A stretch of 64,000 nt of DNA from NCBI GenBank assembly GCA_963666285.1, contig OY762711.1; one strand, 5' to 3'. The notes under the pieces were generated by a model. That model was not told where the DNA came from, made no database searches, and worked only from the letters and a program-made list of their open reading frames with translations. This document shows positions 48,201 to 57,361 of the stretch, piece after piece; positions within the stretch are counted from its first letter, which is position 1; the number at the start of each line of letters is the position of its first letter. The DNA comes from Sedimentisphaerales bacterium (GTDB lineage Bacteria; Planctomycetota; Phycisphaerae; Sedimentisphaerales; SM23-30). Position numbers and translations under genes: made by a program.

Positions 48201-48749
48201 GTCCGGATCGAGGTATTTGTCTGCGATATTACTTTTCCATGCTTTCTGGATAACAGCAAGATCATGCAGTTTATCAGCGAGCGGTTTTTGAGACAATCCG
48301 GCAGTTTCCCTGATCCTGTCGCTTTCGCTGAGCAGTTCAGAGGGTGTTTTGTTATACCTGCAAAGCTCTGATAGCATCTGGCTGACCTGGTCGCAGAACC
48401 CGGAGTGGATATTGCCGCGGAATATTGACAGGTCGTCTTTGACTTCTCTTAAAACTCTCTGCATAAGCAGGAATCGTCCGGTCTGGGAAAGTGGTTTCAG
48501 GCATCCAACGGGCATATTTCTGGCAGCTTTGCGTGCGAGTCGTAGGAAACTGGTAATTTCCAGGTTGTGGTAACCTTTTATCCGACCGTCACTTAGTACT
48601 GCCTGTTCGACCTGGAAGGTGGATTGTTCGGGAGTAAGAAAAATAATTCTGGCGGAAGTGCTGTTTTGTGCCAGTTTAGCACAGATATTATCGACACAGA
48701 AATGAGTTTTGCCGCAGCCGGAGCGTCCAATTATAAATCTTACAGCCAT
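45252..48749 (-). CDS. addB: ATP-dependent helicase/nuclease subunit B
   Basis: FIIGRSGCGKT, PEQSTFQ, IDGFAGFTPQQ, ERYLAYIAFTRA, KCPFRFF, GIIDRID, FDYKT, CSYCDFFPVCR (Fe-S staple). Confidence 0.95.
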   Translation of the reverse strand: MAVRFIIGRSGCGKTHFCVDNICAKLAQNSTSARIIFLTPEQSTFQVEQAVLSDGRIKGYHNLEITSFLRLARKAARNMPVGCLKPLSQTGRFLLMQRVLREVKDDLSIFRGNIHSGFCDQVSQMLSELCRYNKTPSELLSESDRIRETAGLSQKPLADKLHDLAVIQKAWKSNIADKYLDPDEYLDHLENFYKSNNLFSDIEFWIDGFAGFTPQQYKIMRLIMQHADQCNISLNLDHTNPQFKLAADPDSELDIEHMFHPTLETYQRLNGICLDNAIETTPPVLLPIQPTMPRFAASETLQMIEKNVFSQHTPKGHPADIDISMDIISTSNLRDEVEAAARKILELCREYNYRFRDIAIIFRDLDQYHELLAAALEEHKIPYFMDIRREVRHHPMIELVRSVFEMLTENFRIDYIYNYLKTDLSPVTRSEADALENYCITTGMFGSQWLIDSDWTTETREFTKKCTTIEGIIFSVSDIDKLRRKAIAPIAKMRNILNVKGDTLTAETITQLLVELIEDLEVGKTLHQWQQKASRNGDLDTQQIHSQIYNDFFDMLDELVAALEGMKISLHDYTDLLFSAISQMSLRLVPPSIDQVLVGTIERSRQPQIKAAFILGMNDGKFPKYTASTAIITDNQRDLLADDGFELAPSANVKLLHERYLAYIAFTRASEYLWISYPSNGGEDQVLNRSPFIKYLQKAIGSCPVKTLADSRNEPDINRITNHEQLARELAAALSEAKITGELPPVWSALYKKADEFGLMDIVLSGVNAENKATISPEAAQKLIGKEIIESSISKLEEYAKCPFRFFARYLLKLEKRKPFGLEAIDLGKYYHAMLCQMFNDLKADSRNWHMVENEEIHSLVEKAAGEVQSNSEISNLLEKSHRYRFIFSQADHNLKKLAVTLATAARKSNFRQVKAEVTFGMKNSKIKGIELDIADNLKLVLQGIIDRIDIMDGPDKAVAVFDYKTNERSFDWNKFYHGLELQLACYLIAVTDGYNSQDLTPAGMFYMPIINKPPSSGKNGPPPDYILDNSLSNDTTIPPSGAKAHGLANGDMVDDMELGMETGHAKHLGGVYKYKNGSYYGKSSTASVNPQELQTVLQHTKLIIKELVLALTNGKIDITPYRIKNETPCSYCDFFPVCRFDRCFNQYNEICDYSKEEILEKLEN

Positions 48750-48837
48750 TTATTACCTTTTGCTTATCCAATAAACTAAAAGCCATATTCTACTTAAAAT
48801 AAAAGGATTGTTAAGTAAATTGTGTGTTGGCGGAGCT

Positions 48838-49650
48838 TTATGTAGTACAGATATCTCTTTGGCTGAAGGTTCTGAACGCGATGATGTAGAGTATCGTACC
48901 CAGAGTCAATAGAACCAGGCAATCCCGCCAGGGAGTGCCGGAACCGTCCATAATCAGTAACGGCTGGTAATAATGCCATAAGGTAAAGGAAGAAAGGCAT
49001 TCAGCCGGTTCCCAGAATTCAGAGATATAATCGATAAGGTCGTTAAAAGCCTGGAAGCCAAATGCTATCCCGGCAGCTTTAATTCTACTGGAGCAGAAAG
49101 AAGTAACGATAGTGACGATTCCTGATATAACGTAATATAAGCAAGCCAGATTTATAGCGGTAATAACCAGTTTGTTAAAGGGGATACGGAAATCTTCAGG
49201 TGCGAACCTGGCGGTAATAAAGTTACTGGTAAAACCTAAAATAATGATGAGTGTGCCGCAAAGCAGGCAAATAATTTTATCGGTGAGAAACAGTTTATTT
49301 CGGGAGACAGGCCAGCTAAGCAAAATATCGACAGTACCGCTTCCGGTTTCTCCTGCGGGAAGCCTGGTAAATAAGACCAGAATATGGCCATAAATCAGTA
49401 TCATTACTAAAGGGTGTATACACATCAGAGCTTTAGGCAGTTCAGGGCCGAATTTTTCAGTTTGTTTGGTTCCCAATAATGCTCTGAAAACATTTTTCAT
49501 GAAATCCGATTTGAATAGAGTTTGAAATTCGGCGAATACCTGCGGGTAAATTTTGACCAGCAGAACTTCGATGCCGGCGACAGCGAGTACGATAATTAAG
49601 GTTACCAGCCATACTTCGCGCCAAGTTTTTTGGATCAGTCCGTAGTTCAT
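48838..49650 (-). CDS. ABC-2 type transporter permease
   Basis: ~6 TMs, AGETGSGTVDILLSWPVSR motif; overlaps ATPase gene (ATGA). Confidence 0.88.
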   Translation of the reverse strand: MNYGLIQKTWREVWLVTLIIVLAVAGIEVLLVKIYPQVFAEFQTLFKSDFMKNVFRALLGTKQTEKFGPELPKALMCIHPLVMILIYGHILVLFTRLPAGETGSGTVDILLSWPVSRNKLFLTDKIICLLCGTLIIILGFTSNFITARFAPEDFRIPFNKLVITAINLACLYYVISGIVTIVTSFCSSRIKAAGIAFGFQAFNDLIDYISEFWEPAECLSSFTLWHYYQPLLIMDGSGTPWRDCLVLLTLGTILYIIAFRTFSQRDICTT

Positions 49651-50543
49651 GCTTCCAGTTCCCCTTTATTGTAATATTTCATAAATACGGTGTTGAGATC
49701 AGGGGGGCTGATAACCAGATCGTCGATTGGTTTGTCGGAACACCATTGGGTAAGGTGGTTTATCGACCCGTTAAGGAAGCATTCCCAACGATTTTGGATA
49801 AACCGTACGGAGTCCAGGAATGGAGGGATGCTGATATTATTTGAGTTTGCAGTAGGCGACCATAGGATAGAAACGTGTTTTTTGGCCTGTTTACGCAGTT
49901 CGTCCAGGGTTTTGTTCTCGACGAGCTGACCTTTTCGAAGAATTGCAACTCTATCGCAAAGTCTTTCGACCTCGCTGAGAGTGTGGCTGGAGAAGAATAT
50001 GGTATGACCATTGGACGCCTTTTTGCGGATGATCTCGAAAAGTATCTCCTGTATAAGCGGGTCTAGTCCGGAAGTAGGTTCGTCGAATATGAGCAGTTTT
50101 GGGTTGTGGGCAAGAGCCAGTACGAGCCCAAGCTTTTGCCTGGTGCCGCGTGACATTTTCCTGGCGGGCAGGTCCGGTTCCAGTTTAAGCTGTTCGGCCA
50201 GATCAAGGCCGAGGCTAGTAATATCTTTGCCGCGAACTTTTCCGGTAATTTTGAGCCCGTTTCGACATGTCATCCAACCGTAAATCCTAAGATCGCCCGG
50301 CATATATCCAATTTCGTGCCTGATGGCAGGTCCGGAAATTTTGCAGTCTTTGCCGAAGATTTGTGCCGAGCCTCCGTCTGCTTTTAGCAGTCCCATCAGA
50401 ACGCGGATTGTACTGGTTTTACCGGCACCGTTTGGTCCAAGAAAACCGAACAGTTCACCTTCAGCGACTTCGAGTGACAGGTTGTCGACGCCAATTCTTG
50501 TGCCGTAGCGTTTGGTCAGGCTGTCTATCTGGATAACATTCAT
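49647..50543 (-). CDS. ABC transporter ATP-binding protein
   Basis: GPNGAGKT, MSRGTRQK, LIFDEPTSGLDP, SSH. Confidence 0.95.
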   Translation of the reverse strand: MNVIQIDSLTKRYGTRIGVDNLSLEVAEGELFGFLGPNGAGKTSTIRVLMGLLKADGGSAQIFGKDCKISGPAIRHEIGYMPGDLRIYGWMTCRNGLKITGKVRGKDITSLGLDLAEQLKLEPDLPARKMSRGTRQKLGLVLALAHNPKLLIFDEPTSGLDPLIQEILFEIIRKKASNGHTIFFSSHTLSEVERLCDRVAILRKGQLVENKTLDELRKQAKKHVSILWSPTANSNNISIPPFLDSVRFIQNRWECFLNGSINHLTQWCSDKPIDDLVISPPDLNTVFMKYYNKGELEA

Positions 50544-51009
50544 AGGTTATGGTAATTAAGTGTACGGTATTTAACGTTGTTAATCTAAGTGCTTATAAAT
50601 TAAGGGCTTTTCTTGTGTGGCAAAGCTGTAATAATGTTTAATTTTAATGAGTAAAGTATGGTTGGCAAGCTAATTATTTGTTATTGTGCTAATTCTGTGC
50701 GTTTAGGGTATGATACTGCAGAATGCCGGGGTTGGTTACAGTCATAGTTTTTTTATTTCAAATATTTAGTTTTTATTGAGCGTTGTTTATATTTAAGACG
50801 AAGTTTTCGTCGTTGTTATGTTTTATCGAGAGCTGATTTTTGCTGGTACTCATTTTTTGTCGGCTCTCTACTGTTGGACGGTATGTCGAAAGTGCGTTGA
50901 TTTTTTTGATGGGATGGTTGGCCCGGAAGATTGTAAGGTGTTGGGGGTAAAGTGGATAAAAATTTTGAAGATTATAGATTTTCGCGATTTGGTGGTTGTA
51001 AAAACGCGG

Positions 51010-51980
51010 TGATTTTTTCGAGAAAATCAGGGGCCAGGGATCAGGTTACATGTGCCAGGGAAGGTTGCTCGCTACCGCTCGCGGCTAATTGATGGGTAAC
51101 GGGAGGTGTGCGGCATGAATACGGCGGCAGAGGGCGGTGGGACGGCGGTGAAAAGGCAAATGGATTTGAACGAAGGGGAATTGCGGGCTGCGGGTAGTAT
51201 ACGGCGGAACGTTGAATGGGTGCGGCGGTATACGGATGGGAACGGAGCGGAGACGCGACGAGCTACGCTAAATGAAAAATGAATAATTAAAAGTGAAAAA
51301 TTAAGGTGTTCGCCTGGCGGCTCACGGCTTGTTTAAAATTAGAGCAGGTGAGCAGTGGAACAGAAGAACAGGAGGAAGATAAATACGTGCTACGCGAACG
51401 ACCAAAGGTCGTTAGAGATAGAGCAGATGAGCAGAAGAACAGGAGAAAGATAAATACGTGCTTCGCACTCTGGCACATCATTGGACAAGTCCAATGATGT
51501 GGAGGTGTCGCTTACGCGACCTATTTTAAACGGGTTCTGCGAGGCTAATTGATTTATAAGTGAGAGTAGTTGGGTGAAGGAGGGTTTTAAAAACGGAATG
51601 AAATTGAAGAGTGCGGGGATATAAGGAAGAGTGCATGGTGGGTTCAGAGAAGAGTTGCGGTGGGAAGGGGATTTTGCGGATATTATCGTAAGTTGTTTGT
51701 TTTGGATTGTGGGCGGACCAGACAGGTGCCGTGAAACGGCATCTGAAGTTTGAAGTCTGAATTCTGAAAAGATGGTGTTCGCCTGGCGGCGAGCGATGCT
51801 AAGTGAAAAATGAATATTGAAAAATGAAGAATTGAGGTGTCCTGATGTACGTTGACATCAGGAATAATTCGCTGTTGCTTACAATTTATTTTAAAGCCAA
51901 AGCGTAAGAAAGTTTAAATCAAAATTATGGCACCTGAAGGATGAGAAGAGTTAGAAGAAAGAAGCGAGAAGAGAGAGTTT
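51010..51980. repeat. Mosaic of REP-like hairpins, 7-8 nt purine microrepeats and short direct repeats
   Basis: GGTGTTCGCCTGGCGGC at 51305 and 51774; CAGAAGAACAGGAG.AAGATAAATACGTGCT at ~51361 and ~51432; perfect stems AACGACC/GGTCGTT, CACATCATTGGAC/GTCCAATGATGTG, TCCTGATGT/ACATCAGGA. Confidence 0.75.
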
Positions 51981-52343
51981 AAAACCGGTTTTGTTCAGGA
52001 TATGGGTAATGGTTGAGTTTTATAGGGGGAAGTTTAAGTATGATGTGGCTAGAAATGGTTTCGGGAACGTTAAATAATCAAATTGTTTCCAAATTGGTAT
52101 AAATTGATAAAAAATCCGATTCTGGTTCGATAAATATACCTCTAAAAAATCATTTTTAGCGAAAGATGGATCTTTTGCAACATAAGCAATTTCTAGAAGT
52201 ACCCATAATATTGGGCTGAAAATAGCAAAAAACACTCATTTTTGGCAGAAAATAAATATTTTATATTTTTTTAGGCAGATTTTATAAATTCAGCTGATTG
52301 TATATAATGAAGCGAATGGTTTTTTTCAGGAATTCTTAAAATA

Positions 52344-52886
52344 ATGGCTAAACAGTTTGAAGACAACCGAGATGACAGGTACAAGCTATTTCTAAGGCTG
52401 TATCGTCAAAATGAAAACGGCATATACAGTTTCACCCTTAAGCTTCTGCCTAACTATTCGATTGCCGAAGAGATAATGCAGGAATCGCTGATGACAATGT
52501 GGGACAAGTTCGACAGTTTCCAGCAAGGCACAAATTTCTCAGCATGGGCAAAACAAATAGTAAAGTATAAAGTGATTCAATATCTCAGCAATAAGAACAA
52601 TAAATCTATAATATATCTGACAGCAGAGATGATAGAACAACTGGGACAGGATGAGCGGACAAGTTCATCATATGATACTTATTTTGAAGCATTACATAAT
52701 TGTGTAGATAAGCTTCAGGGTCGAAATAAGGAAATCATTCGTTTGCGTTATTATAAGAATTTTAAGGTAAAAGATATGGCTTCGATGTTAAACACGACAA
52801 GTAATGCCGTTTCAAAGCATATTGCAAGAATTCATGGTGCATTAAAAAAATGTATTAATCAGACGATTAATGCTTGTAGATTATAA
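52344..52886 (+). CDS. ECF sigma-70 factor (planctomycete/Rhodopirellula type)
   Basis: AEEIMQE..WDKFDSFQQGTNFSAWA; LHNCVDKL..IIRLRY..LKKCI. Confidence 0.92.
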   Translation: MAKQFEDNRDDRYKLFLRLYRQNENGIYSFTLKLLPNYSIAEEIMQESLMTMWDKFDSFQQGTNFSAWAKQIVKYKVIQYLSNKNNKSIIYLTAEMIEQLGQDERTSSSYDTYFEALHNCVDKLQGRNKEIIRLRYYKNFKVKDMASMLNTTSNAVSKHIARIHGALKKCINQTINACRL

Positions 52887-52889
52887 AAT

Positions 52890-54551
52890 ATGGATAAACA
52901 CCTGGAAAATCAAATAGATGAATATGTATTTAAATCTCTGGAAGGGATAATAACAGAGAGTGAATGCCGAGAGTTGGAAGATATCCTGATATCTTCTCCG
53001 GAAGCGTTTTCATATTATTGTGATAGTATTGAGCTGAATCATGGATTATGTAAAATAAAGAATATGATAGAGGCAAAGCATGACACTTCTTCTCTGCTAG
53101 ATATGCTGGCCAGATTTGAAGAAAATGCACCTGAGGTAATACTGGAAAAGCCAGTTGAACCAGAAGTGCTAAAGAATGCAATAAATGAATCCGGATCGAC
53201 CAAGTTCACTAAAATAGTAAATCGGTTGATTACAGCAGCAGCATGCCTATTAATATTGTTTGTAGTTTATGCGAATGTATTTCCTCCCCGGTTGACAGAA
53301 GAAGTAGCTACTGTGGATGATCAATTAGGGGTTGAGTGGAGTGCATCATCTGCAAGGTTAAACAATGGGCAAAGAATATTAACTAATCAGTTGCCTTTCA
53401 GATTGGAAACAGGAATAATTCAACTCAGTTATGATGAAGGTGTCGATATTGTTATTGAAGGGCCTGCTGAATTTATAATTGAGAAAAAGGGAGTGGATTT
53501 ATCTTATGGCAGGTTGTATTCATATGTATCAGATATTGGTCACGGCTTTACCGTAGATACTCCCAACAATAGATTCATTGACCTTGGCACAGAGTTTGGT
53601 GTTTTTGTTGATCAAAGTGCAACTTCCGAACTTCATGTATTCACAGGTGAGGTACAGTATTATTCCGGTCAAAAAGGAGCAGCGAAAGCAAGTAAGACTA
53701 TCAAGGCTAATAATGCCAGAAGATTTGATGCTTTTTCCGGGCAAATAGAAAGCATTCCAGTTGCAAACCAATCATTTGTACGGCAGCTTAATTCGGCAGC
53801 CGGTATGGTATGGCGTGGCCAGAAATATCTTGATGTTACAAGTATTCTAGGCGGATTAGATGGATTTGAAATGGTTCAAGATGCTGTTGGTATAAACCCC
53901 TTAACAGGGATACTAGAAACGCGATTGTCCTATGAAAAGAAAACCATTGAAGGTAATAGGAAATATAATTTAGTATCAGCTTCTGCATTTGTTGATGGTG
54001 TTTTTGTGCCTGATGGCGGCAACGGAAAGATTACTGTTACTTCAACAGGTATTACATTCTTATGTCCAAATACAACAGGTAAATTTACCAATAATATTTG
54101 TGTATTCAAAGGAGATATTAACGAGATTGATAATACGATTTTGCCACCAGCATTAAATGGTAAGTCGAATAATAATACCACAGGGTCAGCAATGCTTATG
54201 CACAGTAATTGTGGGATTACTATTGATTTGCAGGCTATAAGAAAAACTATTCCAAAGTTAAAACTGGAAAGTTTTTCTGCCTTTGGAGGTATTTCTAAAG
54301 CCCCCGAGCAAGATGAAGGTGATATACGTGATGCAGGTTTTTGGGTGTTGGTTGATGGAGATATTCGTTATGAACAAAAAGAACTCAATTATGATAACAA
54401 CACAGTATCTTTCAATGTGAAATTGTCGGAGAAAGATCGATTTTTGACGTTAATAGTAACAGATGGACTAAGAGAGGATGATAAGAGAGATTATCCAACC
54501 GCAAATGATTTCTTCTACCTGATAAGTCCACAAATTAAGCTATATCCTTAA
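52890..54551 (+). CDS. FecR-domain anti-sigma factor with C-terminal NPCBM-like domain
   Basis: TM helix AAACLLILF; FecR motifs IEGPAEF, FTVDTP..DLGTEFGV, LHVFTGEV; MHSNCGITIDL, FWVLVDG, RFLTLIVTDG. Confidence 0.88.
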   Translation: MDKHLENQIDEYVFKSLEGIITESECRELEDILISSPEAFSYYCDSIELNHGLCKIKNMIEAKHDTSSLLDMLARFEENAPEVILEKPVEPEVLKNAINESGSTKFTKIVNRLITAAACLLILFVVYANVFPPRLTEEVATVDDQLGVEWSASSARLNNGQRILTNQLPFRLETGIIQLSYDEGVDIVIEGPAEFIIEKKGVDLSYGRLYSYVSDIGHGFTVDTPNNRFIDLGTEFGVFVDQSATSELHVFTGEVQYYSGQKGAAKASKTIKANNARRFDAFSGQIESIPVANQSFVRQLNSAAGMVWRGQKYLDVTSILGGLDGFEMVQDAVGINPLTGILETRLSYEKKTIEGNRKYNLVSASAFVDGVFVPDGGNGKITVTSTGITFLCPNTTGKFTNNICVFKGDINEIDNTILPPALNGKSNNNTTGSAMLMHSNCGITIDLQAIRKTIPKLKLESFSAFGGISKAPEQDEGDIRDAGFWVLVDGDIRYEQKELNYDNNTVSFNVKLSEKDRFLTLIVTDGLREDDKRDYPTANDFFYLISPQIKLYP

Positions 54552-54677
54552 ATTCAGTAGTTAATGCATTAATATTTATCAGGGCTATTCATAATAAAGA
54601 ATTGTCTATGTGGGATGTGCGTATTCACATTTGTTAGTTTTTAATAATTTTAACTTTTTGATTATGGAGATTTGATT

Positions 54678-56810
54678 ATGAGAAAATTATTTTTGTTAGT
54701 GTTTATGTTGGCTGGTATCTGCTCCGCAAGCTGTTATGGAGCAACAGTATTGATAGATAGTTCAAAGGCTCAAAGTGGCAATCAGAGCGTTATAGACTTC
54801 TTTACTAATAACTTTGATGACGTGACAGTAATTTATGGCAATTATAATAACTGGGCAGATTCAGCAGTAGTAGATGCGATAGAAGCAGCAGATGTGCTGG
54901 TGATCGCTCGAGACAATAGCAGTAATAATTACGATGATACTGGGGATCAGGAATTTTACAGTGGCCTGGAAACACCTGTGATATCGCTAAGTTCCTATTT
55001 TTCGCGTGTCAGCAGACTTGGCTGGGGTGATGGCGATGTGACAAATTTCTCTACGGATGGTGACGAAGCAGTTGTGACCATCGAAGGTGCTGCAGTTTTT
55101 GGAGCAGCTGGCAGTTTTGACTGGTGGAACGCAAGTATAGATTTCTGGGGTGCAGGTACTGATACCAGTGTTGGAGATGGTTCTATTTTAGTTACAGATT
55201 CAGCCGGGAATAATATTGTTGTTGGCTGGAAAGCCGGAGATGAAATTGCAGTCGGTTTAGTTCAGAGCGGAAATCGTCTATTATTTAACCTGCCTACAGG
55301 AAATGGATTGCCCGATACAGATGCGGGATTACAAGCAATGATTAATGCAATAAAGCATTATACATTTCTTGGTAATATAGCATCTCCGGTACCAGGTAAT
55401 GATGATACTGGTGTTGCTCTTGATATTACTTTGCAGTGGGAAGGAGCTGAGGATAAGGATAATGCAGGGCAGCTAGATCCGGCAGTATTAAAGCATTATG
55501 TATATATAGACCTTGATAATACAGATGATGATCCTAACCTGTATCTGGCTGGAGAGATTGTTGTAAGCGACTGGGCTACTCGTAATGCTGCTTATGGTCC
55601 ATTGTCGTTAAGTTACGATCAAGGTGTAAGCTGGCGGATAGAAGAAGGTTTAGATGATGGACAAGGAAGTGCATATGCAGCTGGTGATTCACATAATTTA
55701 ATGGGGCCAGTCTGGTCATTTACTGCTATTGCCAGCGTGCCTGAATTTGAACTTCAGCCACAGAATACCTACTTCAATACTGGTGATTCGGAAGTATCTT
55801 TAAATCTGATAGCAACAACCCCGTTTACCCCATTGTCTTATCAATGGAATAAAGATGGTTCGGTTATTTCAGATGGCGCTGACTACTCAGGGACACAGAG
55901 TGATACATTAGTAGTTCTGAATCCTGAACTTGCCGATGAAGGAGGATATTATTGCACTGTTACAGGTAATAATGGCGGAATTGCAGATTCAGCTACTGTT
56001 AGCATAAAACTGCGTCGAGTATTAGCCTGGTATCAGTTTGAGCAGGATGTGAATGATTCTGTCGGTACAAATGACGGTACTTTTGTTGGTGGAGACTTTG
56101 TGTACAGTGAAGGTATGTCAGAAATAAGCGATCAGAACTATGCAGTCGATCCAAACACATCTAATTATGCCTTGCTGTCGGTTGACGCTTATCCTAAAGC
56201 AGGTTTTGGAAATGCTATCGAAGAAGGTTCAATTGCCTTTTGGGTTAAAACTGATTCTACATCCGAACAAATGCTTTTAGGGTCATTTAACGATGATTCT
56301 ACTACAGGTTTCCAGATTATTTCATCATCAGGAAATATTAGTATATATCTTCGTGATAGTGATGCTGTGAGTATATCTGTCGCAGGTGATACTATTGTGA
56401 ATGATGGTGAGTGGCATTATGCCGTAGTTGTTTATCAGGGAGATAGTGGTTCAGGAAACAGTTTTGCATCTATATATATTGATGGCGAGTTAAGTGGTTC
56501 GATAACTGGTGCTGTAATGGACAACTTTGAAGCCTGGCAGTATCCTATGGTACTACTTGCTCGTAACAATAGAGGTACTGTCGACAAACAATTTGGCGGA
56601 ATGCTTGATGATTTGAAAATCTACAACTATCTGTTAAGTTCCGAAGATGTTGCAGAATTGTTCTATAATGTAACAGGTCAGCAAAGCTGTATAGTGGCAA
56701 ACTATGTTTCTGATCTAGACTTCAATAATGATTGTAATGTTGATTTAGAAGATTTTGCAAATATTGCATCTGCATGGCTGAGCAGTGGTTTATATCCAGT
56801 TTTACCATAG
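54678..56810 (+). CDS. Secreted Ig-like + LamG (concanavalin A-like) protein with dockerin-like tail
   Basis: GGAGA RBS, signal peptide, GPVWSFT, Ig (YQWNKDG...DEGGYYC), LamG (SIAFWVK, DGEWHY, IYIDG, GMLDDLKIYN), tail DLDFNNDCNVDLEDFANIASAWL. Confidence 0.88.
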   Translation: MRKLFLLVFMLAGICSASCYGATVLIDSSKAQSGNQSVIDFFTNNFDDVTVIYGNYNNWADSAVVDAIEAADVLVIARDNSSNNYDDTGDQEFYSGLETPVISLSSYFSRVSRLGWGDGDVTNFSTDGDEAVVTIEGAAVFGAAGSFDWWNASIDFWGAGTDTSVGDGSILVTDSAGNNIVVGWKAGDEIAVGLVQSGNRLLFNLPTGNGLPDTDAGLQAMINAIKHYTFLGNIASPVPGNDDTGVALDITLQWEGAEDKDNAGQLDPAVLKHYVYIDLDNTDDDPNLYLAGEIVVSDWATRNAAYGPLSLSYDQGVSWRIEEGLDDGQGSAYAAGDSHNLMGPVWSFTAIASVPEFELQPQNTYFNTGDSEVSLNLIATTPFTPLSYQWNKDGSVISDGADYSGTQSDTLVVLNPELADEGGYYCTVTGNNGGIADSATVSIKLRRVLAWYQFEQDVNDSVGTNDGTFVGGDFVYSEGMSEISDQNYAVDPNTSNYALLSVDAYPKAGFGNAIEEGSIAFWVKTDSTSEQMLLGSFNDDSTTGFQIISSSGNISIYLRDSDAVSISVAGDTIVNDGEWHYAVVVYQGDSGSGNSFASIYIDGELSGSITGAVMDNFEAWQYPMVLLARNNRGTVDKQFGGMLDDLKIYNYLLSSEDVAELFYNVTGQQSCIVANYVSDLDFNNDCNVDLEDFANIASAWLSSGLYPVLP

Positions 56811-56836
56811 CAGCATAAATAATATGTTAAACCTTG

Positions 56837-56870
56837 AACCTGGGGGAGATTATCTCCTTCAGGTTTTTTT
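56837..56870 (+). terminator. Intrinsic terminator
   Basis: AACCTGGGGGAGA-tta-TCTCCTTCAGGTT followed by a T run. Confidence 0.7.
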
Positions 56871-56922
56871 CTAGATGAAGTGAATATGAAACTTATTAGT
56901 AATAAGAATAGATATGTTTTAG

Positions 56923-57096
56923 AATTGGTAATGACCTTCATTATGAAGGGGGGGAGGGAAAGTAATTGTTGCTTCCCCCTTTCATATTTTTTGTATTGCT
57001 CCAAAATCTTCATTATTGATTGGCAGATGTGCTAATTGATAATGACTTCCTTTAAGAAACGGGGGGAGGAAATATTATGTTTTCTTCCCCCTTTTT
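56923..57096 (+). repeat. Two diverged ~65-bp direct repeats each ending in a terminator-like hairpin
   Basis: AATTG(G/A)TAATGAC...GGGGGGAGG.AA...CTTCCCCCTTT at 56923 and 57034. Confidence 0.6.
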
Positions 57097-57361
57097 AGTA
57101 TTTGTTTATTATTCTAATAGAGTTTAGCACTCTTATTCAATGTAAGATATATATTTAAGGAAAGTGATAGTGCGGTTTCGCACTTTTGACTGTTCAACAT
57201 TACACGCAAAGGCCAGAACAGGGCCTTGTGAATGAGAAACTTTATATTTAAATGTATTTCCGAGCTAATTCTCGAAAGTATATTTAACTCAAAGCGTTGC
57301 AGGAAGGCCCTTTTAGGCGATTTTTGCAACTTGAAAACTGCGAAAGGAAAATGATATAGAA

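Noticed and set aside
45413..48573. 184-190 aa + strand ORFs and other short ORFs inside addB
   Set aside because: Antisense or alternate-frame shadows of addB
51260..51870. CRISPR array
   Set aside because: Repeats are heterogeneous, occur only in pairs and are irregularly spaced; no cas genes in the window
50818..52235. Short ORFs 50818-51012, 51287-51481, 51306-51497, 52020-52235
   Set aside because: No RBS or recognisable motifs; they read through repeats or promoter DNA
56702..57329. Type I toxin-antitoxin peptides at the GGAGG hairpins
   Set aside because: No convincing short hydrophobic ORF at proper spacing from the SD-like tracts in both copies
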